In this document: positions 23,202 to 33,776 of the stretch, piece after piece | How positions within the stretch are numbered: the stretch's first letter is position 1 | How the letters are laid out: every line of letters starts with the position of its first letter | Origin: Craspedostauros australis | Taxonomy: Eukaryota | Length of the DNA stretch: 44,169 nt | NCBI GenBank assembly: GCA_030167865.1 | Contig: JALAGF010002092.1 | Location: forward strand, 1 to 44,169 | Direction: 5' to 3' | Made by a program: the position numbers and the translations under genes | Notes under the pieces: model-generated | What the model was told of the DNA's origin: nothing | What the model saw: only the letters and a program-made list of their open reading frames with translations | The model's database searches: none

Positions 23202-25319
23202 ATGCAAGCCATTCATCCCTTCGATGAGGGTGACGATCGCAGCGCCGCCAGCAGCAGCGACGCTATGAAGGAGGATCCACCAAATCAGCCTCTCAATGAA
23301 GCTCAACAAAGGACTGGCAAGAGTGCTGCTACTGCTACTGCCACCGCTACTGGTGATGGCAACGGCCACGACGACGAACGGCTCACGTGGTTCATCATCA
23401 AGGTGACGGCCATCGCATCGATCGGAGGCATCCTCTTCGGGTATGACATGGGATCCATCTCCGGCGCGCTGCCGCAGTTGCAGGCGACCTTCGATCTGTC
23501 AGATTCGCAGGAGGAGCTCATCGTCTCCATCCTCTATCTCGGCGGTGGCTTCGGCGCCATGGTGGGCGGCACGATCTGCGACGCTTTCGGTCGCAAGATG
23601 TCCATCCTGGGAACGGACGTCGTCTTCCTAGTGGGCGCCACATGCCTCTGCACCAGCAACACCATCACGCAGCTGCTCATCGGCAGATTCATCGTCGGCA
23701 TTGCGATCGCCGTCTCGGGCATCGCCGACGTCAGCTACCTGCACGAATCGGCACCGCAAGCATGGCGAGGTGCCATCGTCAGCGTCAACGAGGTCTGCAT
23801 CAGCCTCGGCTTCCTCTTCGCCTACCTCGCCGGTTGGGTGTGGTCGGCCAAGGATGACAACCAGGAGTGGAGAAAGATTTTCGGTGTTGCGGGATTGCTT
23901 GCTGCCGTTCAGTTCGTCGGGATGTGGGGCATGCCGGAAAGTCCCGTTTGGTTGCGCCAGCAGGAGGAGCTGAGGCAGAAGCAGCGGGCGCTTCATAAGC
24001 AGCAGTCTACGAGTATGCAGGACGATGAATCTGAGGAGGGTGACAACGAACATGCACCGCAGTCTGAAGTCTCCCATGGCATGCAATCGCCCGCGAGGAG
24101 CGATGCGGAAGAACACCTGAGGTTGCAATACCAAAAGAACGGGAACCTCGCGGCATCACCATTGACACCGACGCTCGGGCAGGCTCATGCAGAGAAAGCG
24201 CGGATCGTCAACCGCACTGACAGCCTCCACACTGGCGCACAGAGTTATCAATCCATCCAGCCGGTGGGTGGCAGCACGCAGTCATTATCGCAATCGCAGT
24301 CGCAGACTCCACCGTCAACTCCGCCAAGTCCAAAACGCACATCTCCAGTGCCTGCTTCCAACCTCTTCGCCAAACTCAAGTCTCTGTATCGGATAGCATT
24401 CACGACGTATCATACGTACCGCAAGCAGATCATCATCACATCCTTCTTGGCCATCATTCAGCAATTCTGCGGTCAAACGAACGTTCTCAACTACGCACCG
24501 CACATCTTCGCGACTGTCATGAAGGGTCATCATGAGCACAATGGCGATGGCGACGTGCATGATCATGATGACGCGACAAGCACTCGGTCGACAGTCACGA
24601 TCGGGCTGGTCAAATTCCTCGTTACATGTTTGGTCACGTGGAAGATCGAACGCGTCGGAAGACGCAAGCTCTTGCTCGGCGGCATGGCCACAATCTCCTT
24701 GGGTTTGTTCTGCCTCATCCTCGCCTACGGCGGTCAGCAGAGTGAAGACGACTCCGCATCCGACGTCACACACTTCAAGACGTTCCATCTCGCGCTGCCC
24801 GGCGTGCTCCTCGTCGTCTGCGGCTACTCCATGTCCTTCGGTCCCTTGACGTGGCTCCTCACATCCGAACTGTTTCCCGCCAAGATCCGTGGACGTGGCC
24901 TGGGTGCCAGCACCATCCTCACCTACATGGCCGCATCCTTCGTGACGCGCACCTTCCTCTCCGCGCAGAATTGGCTCGGTTCCGCCAGGGTCTTCGCCCT
25001 GTACATGGGCATCACGTTGCTGGGACTCGTCTTCGCCTATCTCGCCATCCCGGACACGGGTGAGAAGTCGGCGCAAGAAGTGGAAGTCGAGCTGTGCCGC
25101 ATGCCGTGGTGGCGATTCGAGCATATCTCCGTTCTGCAGAGCGCGGCCAATGCCGACGACGCGGATAAGGATGATGCATCGCAAGGCAAGCCAAAACCAG
25201 TTTACGAGCTGTATCAAACGGATGAAGAGAATTCGAACGATGAGGAGGACAAGCCAAACGACTCCGGCGACAGCATCATCAACAACAAGAAGCAGCTCCA
25301 GCTGAAGGAAATTGTGTGA
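23202..25319 (+). CDS. MFS sugar porter (GLUT10/12- or VGT-like)
   Basis: GGILFGYDMGSISGAL, DAFGRK, GRFIVG, YLHESAP..WRG, MPESPVWL, QQFCGQTNVLNYAP, ERVGRRKLLL, SFGPLTWLLTSELFP..IRGRG, IPDTGEKS; 12 hydrophobic segments around a long central loop. Confidence 0.93.
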   Translation: MQAIHPFDEGDDRSAASSSDAMKEDPPNQPLNEAQQRTGKSAATATATATGDGNGHDDERLTWFIIKVTAIASIGGILFGYDMGSISGALPQLQATFDLSDSQEELIVSILYLGGGFGAMVGGTICDAFGRKMSILGTDVVFLVGATCLCTSNTITQLLIGRFIVGIAIAVSGIADVSYLHESAPQAWRGAIVSVNEVCISLGFLFAYLAGWVWSAKDDNQEWRKIFGVAGLLAAVQFVGMWGMPESPVWLRQQEELRQKQRALHKQQSTSMQDDESEEGDNEHAPQSEVSHGMQSPARSDAEEHLRLQYQKNGNLAASPLTPTLGQAHAEKARIVNRTDSLHTGAQSYQSIQPVGGSTQSLSQSQSQTPPSTPPSPKRTSPVPASNLFAKLKSLYRIAFTTYHTYRKQIIITSFLAIIQQFCGQTNVLNYAPHIFATVMKGHHEHNGDGDVHDHDDATSTRSTVTIGLVKFLVTCLVTWKIERVGRRKLLLGGMATISLGLFCLILAYGGQQSEDDSASDVTHFKTFHLALPGVLLVVCGYSMSFGPLTWLLTSELFPAKIRGRGLGASTILTYMAASFVTRTFLSAQNWLGSARVFALYMGITLLGLVFAYLAIPDTGEKSAQEVEVELCRMPWWRFEHISVLQSAANADDADKDDASQGKPKPVYELYQTDEENSNDEEDKPNDSGDSIINNKKQLQLKEIV

Positions 25320-25465
25320 TGGAAAGCCTGAACGACGATGCGATTACGAGCACTTTACCAACATGCCAATCTAGAGTATCGCAATCCATTCCAGTTTGTT
25401 CATATCCTCTGGTTAAGAGAGAGACTTATCTCTGCTACAATTCTCTCAGCCTGCACTACCATCGT

Positions 25466-26193
25466 TCATGACCGTTTTGCTGGGTTGCGGGTCACAAAAT
25501 CCCACAGCGGCTGTTTCTGGATCCTCGAGATCATGGATTCGGCCCACGGAACAGCAAACTGAAGCGACGCGACCTTCGTGGGGATGGGGCACTTGTCGAT
25601 CACCTCTTCCAGGCATTTCTCTCTGGCCTTCTCCGACAGCGTTTCGTCTTGAAACCGCGCGGCAGTAGCCATGTACACGCCAGCATTGGCGAGCTTCAGG
25701 TCGCTTCCGATGAAGGCTTGGACGTCGTCCTGCAGAGACTGGATTCGCAGGAACTTCGACAGATGGCTCAACGCCACTGCATTCGACGTGGTGATGCGAA
25801 ATTCTTCATCTCCGTACAGTAATCCAACAACGCAGGAAAGTACTTCCGCGATTCCGGATCCAACCTCAACCTCGTCCCGTATCCGCCGCCCATCTCGGCG
25901 TAGAAGATGTTGGCAAAGTACACGCTGCGGCGCGCCCCGATGCCAACGATCGCGCGGTGAACGTGGTACGTGTGATGTTCGTGCAGCGGCGCGGAATGCA
26001 CCTCGATCACCCAGTCGCTGAAGCTGGTTTCAGGGTCCATCCTCCAAGTCAGCGGTTGCTCACCAAGGCTCTCTCTGCTCCAGAAGGTCACCGACGTCCC
26101 AGCATCCGAGGAATCGTCGCTCATCGTGCCATCATCATCGTTGTCATCCGCATCGTCTCCGTGAAAACGGCCCACGTGGCTCCATCTCGTCAT
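25466..26193 (-). pseudogene. BTB/POZ-domain gene split by a 1-bp frameshift near 25819 (pseudogene or sequencing error)
   Basis: Frame 1: LTWRMDPETSFSDWVIEV...YHVHRAIVGIGARRSVYFANIF...FPALLDY. It continues in a shifted frame as LYGDEEFRITTSNAVALSHLSKFLRIQSLQDDVQAFI. The minus strand reads GATTACTGTACGGA where GAT TAC CTG TAC GGA would give a continuous BTB domain. Confidence 0.75.
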
Positions 26194-27363
26194 GGTTGCG
26201 ATGATTCAACCATTGATTGTACTCGCACGACTACAATGCGCGGGTGTTTATGGCTGCGCCTGGCTGTGCCTGTGTGTATGGTGTGTATGGTGCGTACGAC
26301 TATGGTCGATGATTCTCAACTGCGTTGTAACTTCAGGCGACAGCATCAAACTGCGTGCCAAAACCGCATCCATTCGGAAGGAACGTGGAGACATCACGTT
26401 TGCGACTTCAATGATATTGAAGCACGATGGAATGCGTCACCACCGGAGCAAGAGCCACGAAGAAGCGGGCCGCAGTCTTGTGGGTGCGATGGGCGGTTCC
26501 TTGATCGTGCAAGAATCGGTTGGAGCATACTCGTCCCTTGGCCAAGCAAAAAGATGATACGGAAAACATGTGTCTCCCGTTTCCCAAGATTGGCCTCTCA
26601 AACCCCAACGAGAACGAAATGGTGTTCAATAATGCAAGTTAAGCAAAAGATCGTAGTAGAGTTGCAGCGTGTCTACCATACATGTACTAGAACATGACCC
26701 ACACATACACAAGGCCCGTCGTCACACACGAATCACAAACCGCAAGAGGAGCAAGTCCCTCGAGAGTCGAAGCAGTCTTCGTGTGGGATAGCGATTGTTG
26801 CGTTGCAAAGCGTTCTGCGGAAACCTCTGGACTTGCTGGCGCCATACATGTACGGAAGACAAGATCAACCGTTCTTGTGGGATAGCGGACACCGAAGCGA
26901 GGTGATCAGTGGGGCAAACAAACAGCCTGGGTTGCGTTCAATGGCATGTGTGATACTTGCTGGTGTGATACTTGTGTGATGGGTGAAGGATAGCGTTGAG
27001 CATGATGGGAGCGAGGCATTACGATGTTGGCCTTTGGCTTCGAAAGGAGTGAACATGTTCATTCACGAGTAATCTGATTGAGTCATGGATACCATCACAC
27101 GATGGAGATGTTCGGCGACAGCCACACAAACGATCGTGTTTTCTTGATCGCACCCCATGATCCTGTTTGTGTGGTTTGCAAACCTGAGGAAAGATTGGTT
27201 TTGCGATGATCCAACACGAACACAAATCGTCAGGGGAAGCAGAAGCCCATGAACGTTGACCGCTTGCCTCATCATCATCATCATCATCACCACTGTCGTC
27301 GTCGTCGGTTGGCTACATTGTTGCAATCAGAAAGTTGGTCAAAGGAGAGACACGCTGTGCAAC

Positions 27364-29211
27364 ATGGCATCCACGGAGCCAAAGACGAAACGAAGGCGAA
27401 AGGATGGAGCGGCGCCGTCATCAGATTGTCCATCGCCATCGCCATCGCCATCGCCACCATTGCCATCATCACCAGTGAAGATCCATCATATCCACTATCC
27501 TGATGCAGATGCTCATGCTGACGACAGCGAAGATCGTGGACTCCCAACCACGTTGACGCTGGCGTCTGGATTGCAGGGGCTGCTGCACACATTGGACAGC
27601 GATGAGTTCATGACGCAGTACTTTCGGAAGCAGGCCGTCCATGTTTGCTGCGCCGATTCTCAAAAGCAGGAGCTGCACGCAGCAACGCGCGTGTCCAAGA
27701 TCTGCGAGGCCATGTGCGACATGGACGTTGCCAGCATTCTGCAGGAAACCAGCAGCGACAACATCTTCCTGTGGTTGAGAAAGCCAGATGGTGCGAACGG
27801 ACAATCCGCGCTCAAGGCGAAGGTGCCTGGCGGTACGGCTGTGAATGGGGACGATGCATCAACTCCAACCAACAGTACGGAGACGATCCATAGTATTGAA
27901 ATTGCAGACCCTGGCACTGCGTACGCGTTGCATACAACAGCGGGACATGCCACGTATTGCCGTGCGCCACCCGAAGTGGAACAGCGCCTCGTGGCCAACC
28001 TGCTGCGGGACACCGGATTGGGATGTGGTCAGTACGACCCCTCAGGTTCGTCTCCCATCTGTCTGGCACGCGGCGAAGTGGAGACGTTCATATCGACGCC
28101 GGGTCATATCACCAACTGGCATTATGACTTCCAGGAGAACTTCACCATCCAGCTGTCCGGCACTAAGCGGTGGACGTTGCAAGCCAGCACGATCAAGGAC
28201 CCGATGAGAGGATGCACACCACACTACGCCTCTCCGGAAGCCGTCGAATCGCAGCTGAAGGCGGCCCATTTGCACGATCGCAAGTTCCAATTCACATACC
28301 CGCAAGTCGGCGTCAACGCGACAGGCGACGCAGTCACGATCGATATCCGACCAGGCGACGTGTTCTACTTCCCAGCCGGCATGTGGCACAAGATCGAGAC
28401 CATCGAACCGGGCGTCAGCATCAACGTATCCCTCATGGCAGCGAATTACGTGGCCGTGACATGCCAGGCGCTGCACCATCTCCTTTTGCAGGATGCCAAG
28501 TGGCGTCAGCCAATTCTGAATACACCCAAACCGAATGCTGCTGTCGATGTGCTCGCCAACTTGCTCGAGGAGCTTCCGGCCAAGATCGAACAGCTGCGCA
28601 ACAATCAACGTGGCGCCCAGGCAATCATCCCTCCGATATTGCAACATGCCCCAGCATTCGCCATTGATGAAGACGATGATGGCGGCGACGATAATGCGCA
28701 TGATGTGGGTGGGGATAATGCGAGTCACGGAGAGAAGGAAGCGGATGACAACGATACAGATGAACATGCCGACGAAATAGACGAGGAAGAATCTGACGTA
28801 GAAACCCCTCACGACAACGATATGTCTCAAGCACCCACAGATACTGCTGTGGATGATTCGTTTCTCGACCCTTGCGAATTCGACAGCTATCCTGATGGTT
28901 GGAAATACGATGAGACGAAGCAATACTTCCGCAACCGATTGGCGCATTTGGCGAGATGCGATGAACTTCGTGGGTTCTATACGCCATCCAAACCAGCTGA
29001 TGAATTGTGCTTTGTGCTGAATGTGATCTACGCCGGCAACGAGATGCATCAAAGCAATGTGAGAGTCGAATTCTGCGCTGCAAGTCTGGATCTAGCGAAT
29101 GAACTGATTGCCATCGAGGTAGAGAAATCGAATGCAGGTGCAGTATTGCAGCACGATGATAAGCAAGGCGCGATGAAGAAGTTCTTGGTGTATCATGGCT
29201 ACTTCGTGTGA
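27364..29211 (+). CDS. JmjC/cupin 2-oxoglutarate Fe(II) oxygenase (ribosomal-oxygenase NO66/MINA/YcfD-like)
   Basis: FMTQYFRKQAVH; TNWHYDFQENFTIQLSGTKRWTL (HxD plus 2OG-binding Lys); IRPGDVFYFPAGMWHKIET (distal His); acidic linker. ATG at 27364. Confidence 0.88.
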   Translation: MASTEPKTKRRRKDGAAPSSDCPSPSPSPSPPLPSSPVKIHHIHYPDADAHADDSEDRGLPTTLTLASGLQGLLHTLDSDEFMTQYFRKQAVHVCCADSQKQELHAATRVSKICEAMCDMDVASILQETSSDNIFLWLRKPDGANGQSALKAKVPGGTAVNGDDASTPTNSTETIHSIEIADPGTAYALHTTAGHATYCRAPPEVEQRLVANLLRDTGLGCGQYDPSGSSPICLARGEVETFISTPGHITNWHYDFQENFTIQLSGTKRWTLQASTIKDPMRGCTPHYASPEAVESQLKAAHLHDRKFQFTYPQVGVNATGDAVTIDIRPGDVFYFPAGMWHKIETIEPGVSINVSLMAANYVAVTCQALHHLLLQDAKWRQPILNTPKPNAAVDVLANLLEELPAKIEQLRNNQRGAQAIIPPILQHAPAFAIDEDDDGGDDNAHDVGGDNASHGEKEADDNDTDEHADEIDEEESDVETPHDNDMSQAPTDTAVDDSFLDPCEFDSYPDGWKYDETKQYFRNRLAHLARCDELRGFYTPSKPADELCFVLNVIYAGNEMHQSNVRVEFCAASLDLANELIAIEVEKSNAGAVLQHDDKQGAMKKFLVYHGYFV

Positions 29212-29546
29212 AACCAATAGGAGCCACAACTGACGAATAATATTTGGTATCGTTTCTTCTAAAGTAACATCATGCTCAGGAACTGCAATGATGTTGACCA
29301 CAGTTTTCGTTGTGATGGTCTCAATCGGCTCAGGTTGCTTCTGTACTCTGTTGCAGTTTACCGGATCGAATGGGCTGGGGTTATCGCTTCCTTTTGCAAG
29401 TCCGGAGAGACTGGATCTGTATCCTTCGTCCTGATCATATAGTACATGCTCGTCCGCACGAAGGCTACTATTTGCTCACTGTCGTCTGTATCCTTTGGGG
29501 AGGCGTTCCCATCGCTATCTATCTCTCTGCCTCTCACACACTCTCG

Positions 29547-31739
29547 CTAGTACTCTTGAAAGTCGCCAAAGTGCTCGCCATTATCAACAACGTCGTCATC
29601 ATCGTCGTCAGCGTCGTTACTCCAAAAGATGCCCGTGAAACGTTTCGCCATGCCTTTCTTGGATTTGCGGGATTGGGTTGGTCCTCTCTTCCACCCATTC
29701 GATTGCATGATTCTTTCAATGGAGAAAGACATCGCGTTCATGCCGTCCTCTCCCGTATTGGTTGCTCCAAAGCGGTCAAGGTTCTGGCACAGAATCGCCG
29801 GATCTGTGAGGTGGATTGTCTTGCCTCGCTTGACACCTTGCATGTCGGCCACCATCAGGTATCCCTTCGACATGGTGTAGGTGTAATCGCAGAATCGCAC
29901 GAGCGACTCGTCGAGATTGTCCCAATGCCAGTACCCGGTGTTGTTGCTGAATCGGGTGAACACGCATCCGTCCGCGATGGGTTCCTCGGCACAGAAGCGG
30001 CGGTTGCCTGCTGCCTCGTTCTCCTCATCCGTCTCTTCGATCACGCAGACTTGCGCCACGTGAATCTCGGCGCAATGTGCTGGGCGGTACTGGGACTTGT
30101 TGTACTTCTTGGCGAGATAGTGGGCAACGGATGAGACCTCCATCTGCTTGAAGTACTGAAGCTGCTTGTTGACGCCGCCGCCGAAATGCTTGAAAGTCTT
30201 CAGCACCATGGCTTTCCGTTTGGAGCTGAGGCATTGGTCCTCGTCAGACATCTGCGCATGAAATACGATGCGGCTTCCACCTTGGGCGAACGGCTCGCGA
30301 GCTCGGCGCACGTAGGTGACGGACTCGGTTGTTTTGTCTGTGGCTCTCTTGGAACGGCCAAACAGTGAGTAAACGAAGCGGATGACTCCGACGGAAACGG
30401 GTTTCTTGAGGTCTGAGATGGACTTGACGGCAAGGTTGCGGAACACCTTGACGCTCTTGACTGGCATCCATTCGTCTACGGCTGGAAGGTGCTCGACGAT
30501 TTCGAATGGCTTCACCTTGACTTCCTTGGCGTTGATTTTCGAGTCGCAGAAGGCCACGGAGTGCATGTGCGTTCCAGATACCGTCACCGTGTTGAAGATG
30601 GAATTGCGGATGCTGGTGGTCACTGCCTCCTTGATACGTCCCAAGGAGCTGAAGTCGACCACCTCAATCTTCACGCCGTAATGATTTCGGAATCGATCCA
30701 CCATGTCATCTGTGTGCTCCGTGATGCGGCCAAAGTAAATGTTCATCGTCCCTCCCTCTGCATGATTGTCTCGTAGCTGCTTCATTTCTTGCACGATGTC
30801 CACGTCCGGAGTTCCTGCTGGGTAGTCATCGTAGAGAGAGTGGAATTCGACGCCATGGCACGGGTAGTCCCCGACGATGATTGCCACGCGCGTGGAATTC
30901 GCCCATGACAGGCTGTTTGCCTTTTGGATGCCGATGGCCATATCTTCCACGTAGTCGGCACCACCGATCGCCTCAACTCCATCAAGGTAGGTCTTGAACG
31001 ATTCCACGTCTTCCACGAAGTCGAGGGCTTGGACTCGGACGGCGCTGTCGAGATCTCGGTATGCCACAAGAGCAAAGCGTACCTTCAGACCTTGATGGGT
31101 CTGCGACACGTCACTAACAATGCTCTCGATGGACCGCTTTGTTTCGTCGATGTACTCTTGCATCGAGAAGGTCGAGTCCATGATGAAGGCAATGTCGACA
31201 TGGGTCGCTTGCTTGGCAACTTCAATGGCGCTTTGGATTTTCTGAGCTCGACGCTGGTGTCTTCGCTTGCATTCGTAGACCTTGATACGCAGCCCGTCGG
31301 ACTTTGTCTTCTTCTTCTCGGCCTCGTCTCGAAGGGCGCTAATGGTGTTTGCCCCTGATTCCACGAATTCGACCGCGGCAGGACCAGATTTGGATTCTTC
31401 GTTGTCCTTGCTGCCCTTGCTGTCCTTGTTGCTCTTGTTGCCGTTGTTGACATCGGCTTCGTCGTCGTCGATCAATGTTGGTGGCTTGACAGCGTCCTTC
31501 TTCTCGGCTTCACTGTCATCAATGAGTGTCTGGGCCTTGGCCATTTCCTCTTTCATACTGGCAATGACAGTGTTCCATTCATCCTCGCCTTCTGCCAGCT
31601 CCTTCTCCAACTGTTCGATGCCTGCGGCGGATGCTTCATCATCCGAGGTTGTTTCGATCTTCTCAAGACCGTAGGCATCATCATCGATGAAACTGAAGTC
31701 GCTCGATGCGCTTTCGTTGTCGTCTGCGTTGGATTCCAT
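29547..31739 (-). CDS. vWA-domain alpha-kinase (VwkA-like architecture: coiled coil, vWA, alpha-kinase)
   Basis: VDIAFIMDSTFSM (MIDAS DxTxS), FALVAYRD, GGADYVED, IVGDYPCHG; kinase part PFAQGGSRIVF, VLKTFK, FCAEEPI, FSNNTG, LMVADMQGV, LTDPAI, FGATNTGEDGM. Confidence 0.9.
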   Translation of the reverse strand: MESNADDNESASSDFSFIDDDAYGLEKIETTSDDEASAAGIEQLEKELAEGEDEWNTVIASMKEEMAKAQTLIDDSEAEKKDAVKPPTLIDDDEADVNNGNKSNKDSKGSKDNEESKSGPAAVEFVESGANTISALRDEAEKKKTKSDGLRIKVYECKRRHQRRAQKIQSAIEVAKQATHVDIAFIMDSTFSMQEYIDETKRSIESIVSDVSQTHQGLKVRFALVAYRDLDSAVRVQALDFVEDVESFKTYLDGVEAIGGADYVEDMAIGIQKANSLSWANSTRVAIIVGDYPCHGVEFHSLYDDYPAGTPDVDIVQEMKQLRDNHAEGGTMNIYFGRITEHTDDMVDRFRNHYGVKIEVVDFSSLGRIKEAVTTSIRNSIFNTVTVSGTHMHSVAFCDSKINAKEVKVKPFEIVEHLPAVDEWMPVKSVKVFRNLAVKSISDLKKPVSVGVIRFVYSLFGRSKRATDKTTESVTYVRRAREPFAQGGSRIVFHAQMSDEDQCLSSKRKAMVLKTFKHFGGGVNKQLQYFKQMEVSSVAHYLAKKYNKSQYRPAHCAEIHVAQVCVIEETDEENEAAGNRRFCAEEPIADGCVFTRFSNNTGYWHWDNLDESLVRFCDYTYTMSKGYLMVADMQGVKRGKTIHLTDPAILCQNLDRFGATNTGEDGMNAMSFSIERIMQSNGWKRGPTQSRKSKKGMAKRFTGIFWSNDADDDDDDVVDNGEHFGDFQEY

Positions 31740-32647
31740 TGGAGCAGAGTATCGGTGTGTTGCTGGTCGTATCGCGTTGAGCGTGATGAAGAAAGCTCAA
31801 TCTGATTTATGAGCAGCCGGATAGAAATGAATCAGAGCACCTGCTCGAACAAGTGTTTGCAGTAAAGTACAATAGATGAATGCACGCATGCGACTATTCG
31901 TACCAGAGGATGGCGTATTGTCGGACTTGTCTTCTGCTGCCAAACAAGCCAAATTTCATCTGGTAGAGCGGCTTGCTGAGTATCCGTGGCATCGTCTGCT
32001 TTGCTGCGGCCAGCAGTCGTTGAACGCAACCGTGGACCGCACAACCGTGGACAGCCCAATCATGTTGGGAAGTTCGCGGGAGAGGAACTCACCGGCTGAT
32101 ACCGCTGTGTAGAGGGTACGATATTATTTTCCAAGTTTAGGTCCGACTGGCTCCCGCGAGATGCAGCAGTTCGTGCTGACAGACCGGAGACTCAAATCGC
32201 TGATCACGACAATGGTGATGATCACAATGATGATGATGAGCGGAGTGTTTGCTTGTGGGGTTTGCGAGTCTCCATGCCACATGTTGGAGAATGTAGCAGA
32301 GGCCGGAGTCGAGCAGCATACTCAACAGAGTATACAGAGAATGCCACAGAATTTCTGCTGGCGATAATCATCGGTTGGCCCATTCATAGGATCGTTGATT
32401 CGATTGTTTGCTGAGTGTAGCACTGGCGGGATTGCCCGTACTCCGCAACATCAACGCATTGGTCGCCGTGGATATCGTGGTAGTATGCGCGCGTCATCGA
32501 TACAGTTGAGGGGATAATTGCATCACGGTTGCTTTGCGACACGCACCGAAACGAAACGACGAAAATACTCCACTCATCGGCGAGTCCATTCTTACCCAAA
32601 GACGATGGTATGTGTGTGCGAGAATGCGCACAAACGTACACGTACGC

Positions 32648-33776
32648 CTACCGAATCGATGAGAACTGTGACATCGCAACCGTGGAGAATTCCTCATCCA
32701 AGCTGGATGGGTTGATACTGCACCGTGTCCCCTCGTTCAGCAAGTTCGATCGCAAGCCCAGCGCTGACGCGGGACCCGATGATCTAGGCCCGTACAGCTG
32801 CACCTGCCGAATGTGTGTATCCCTCCCGTTCTGGTGCATGGTGTTGATCGATATTTGCAACAAGTGGGTCCGAATGATGTTGCGACCAGTCATGTGTGAA
32901 TCGGGAGCCATCTCCTCATCTTCCTCATCGAGAGGATCTGGCGGAGACGACAGAGGTCTGCTCCCGAACGTACGTGTGTAAGTGATAGAAGTTGGGCCAC
33001 GTTGAACCGGTTGAGCACGTGGGACACGTTGTTTTGAGATATTTCGGTCAGTGCATTCGGTGTGGCATACTCTTCCTTGTAGGTAGTCGTATGAGAATGG
33101 GAATGAGAGCACTAGGCAGATGCATTTGCCGTGATGGCGATGCAACCGCATGATTACTCGTATTTCAACAGATGGAACGAGACCACAAGACAAGACAAAC
33201 GCAAGTACCCATAACAAGGCATTCACACGCCAAAATCCACACTCCGCTTGTTCGTACTCACATCAAGCACCAACCAACTGGTTCCTTGAGCTCCACCACG
33301 GTATCGGGCGGTTGGATGGCCGGCTGCAGATCCTGCGTCGTCATCCCCGCCTGAACCGACAGATGCCGCGGAGTGTAGCTCTCGTCGAGACCGTAGTCCA
33401 AGTACAGACAGACGTAGGAGATGGCCACGCGACGCGCGAAGTGTATTCGGATCCAGTGCGGATGGATCACGCCATCCGACTGCCAGTAGGTATCCGTGCT
33501 CTGATCGCGAATCTGCTCCACGCCGTTGCCTGGCTTGGCCGACGAAAGCTGCCAGCACAACGCTTCACGCCCGATCTCGCGCAGGCCGAACAAGGAGTCC
33601 AAACTTTGCACGGCCTGCACCTGCAGCACGCCCTGATCGCCACCGTCCTCTTCCGCGGCGCCCTCCTCGAGCTCCTCTTCCTCGTCCTCTTCCTCCGGCA
33701 CATCACCAGCGCCGTTGGCAATGTCGTCCACGTCGGCTGACATTCCCGTCTGCAGATCCACGCTGTCGTCGTTCAT
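32648..33776 (-). CDS. ANAPC10: Anaphase-promoting complex subunit 10 (APC10/DOC1), 2 exons
   Basis: Exons 33776-33262 and 32957-32648 (gtgagt...agcag, phase 2). LREIGREALCWQLSSAKPGNGVEQIRD..TDTYWQSDG, DESYTP, HQNGRDTHIRQV and the C-terminal IR tail. Confidence 0.95.

Noticed and set aside
15639-33776. Functional cluster of ubiquitin-proteasome and protein-modification genes (DCAF13, RPT2, BTB, APC10, JmjC, kinase)
   Set aside because: These classes are abundant, orientations are mixed and unrelated genes are interspersed; no evidence of co-regulation without synteny data.
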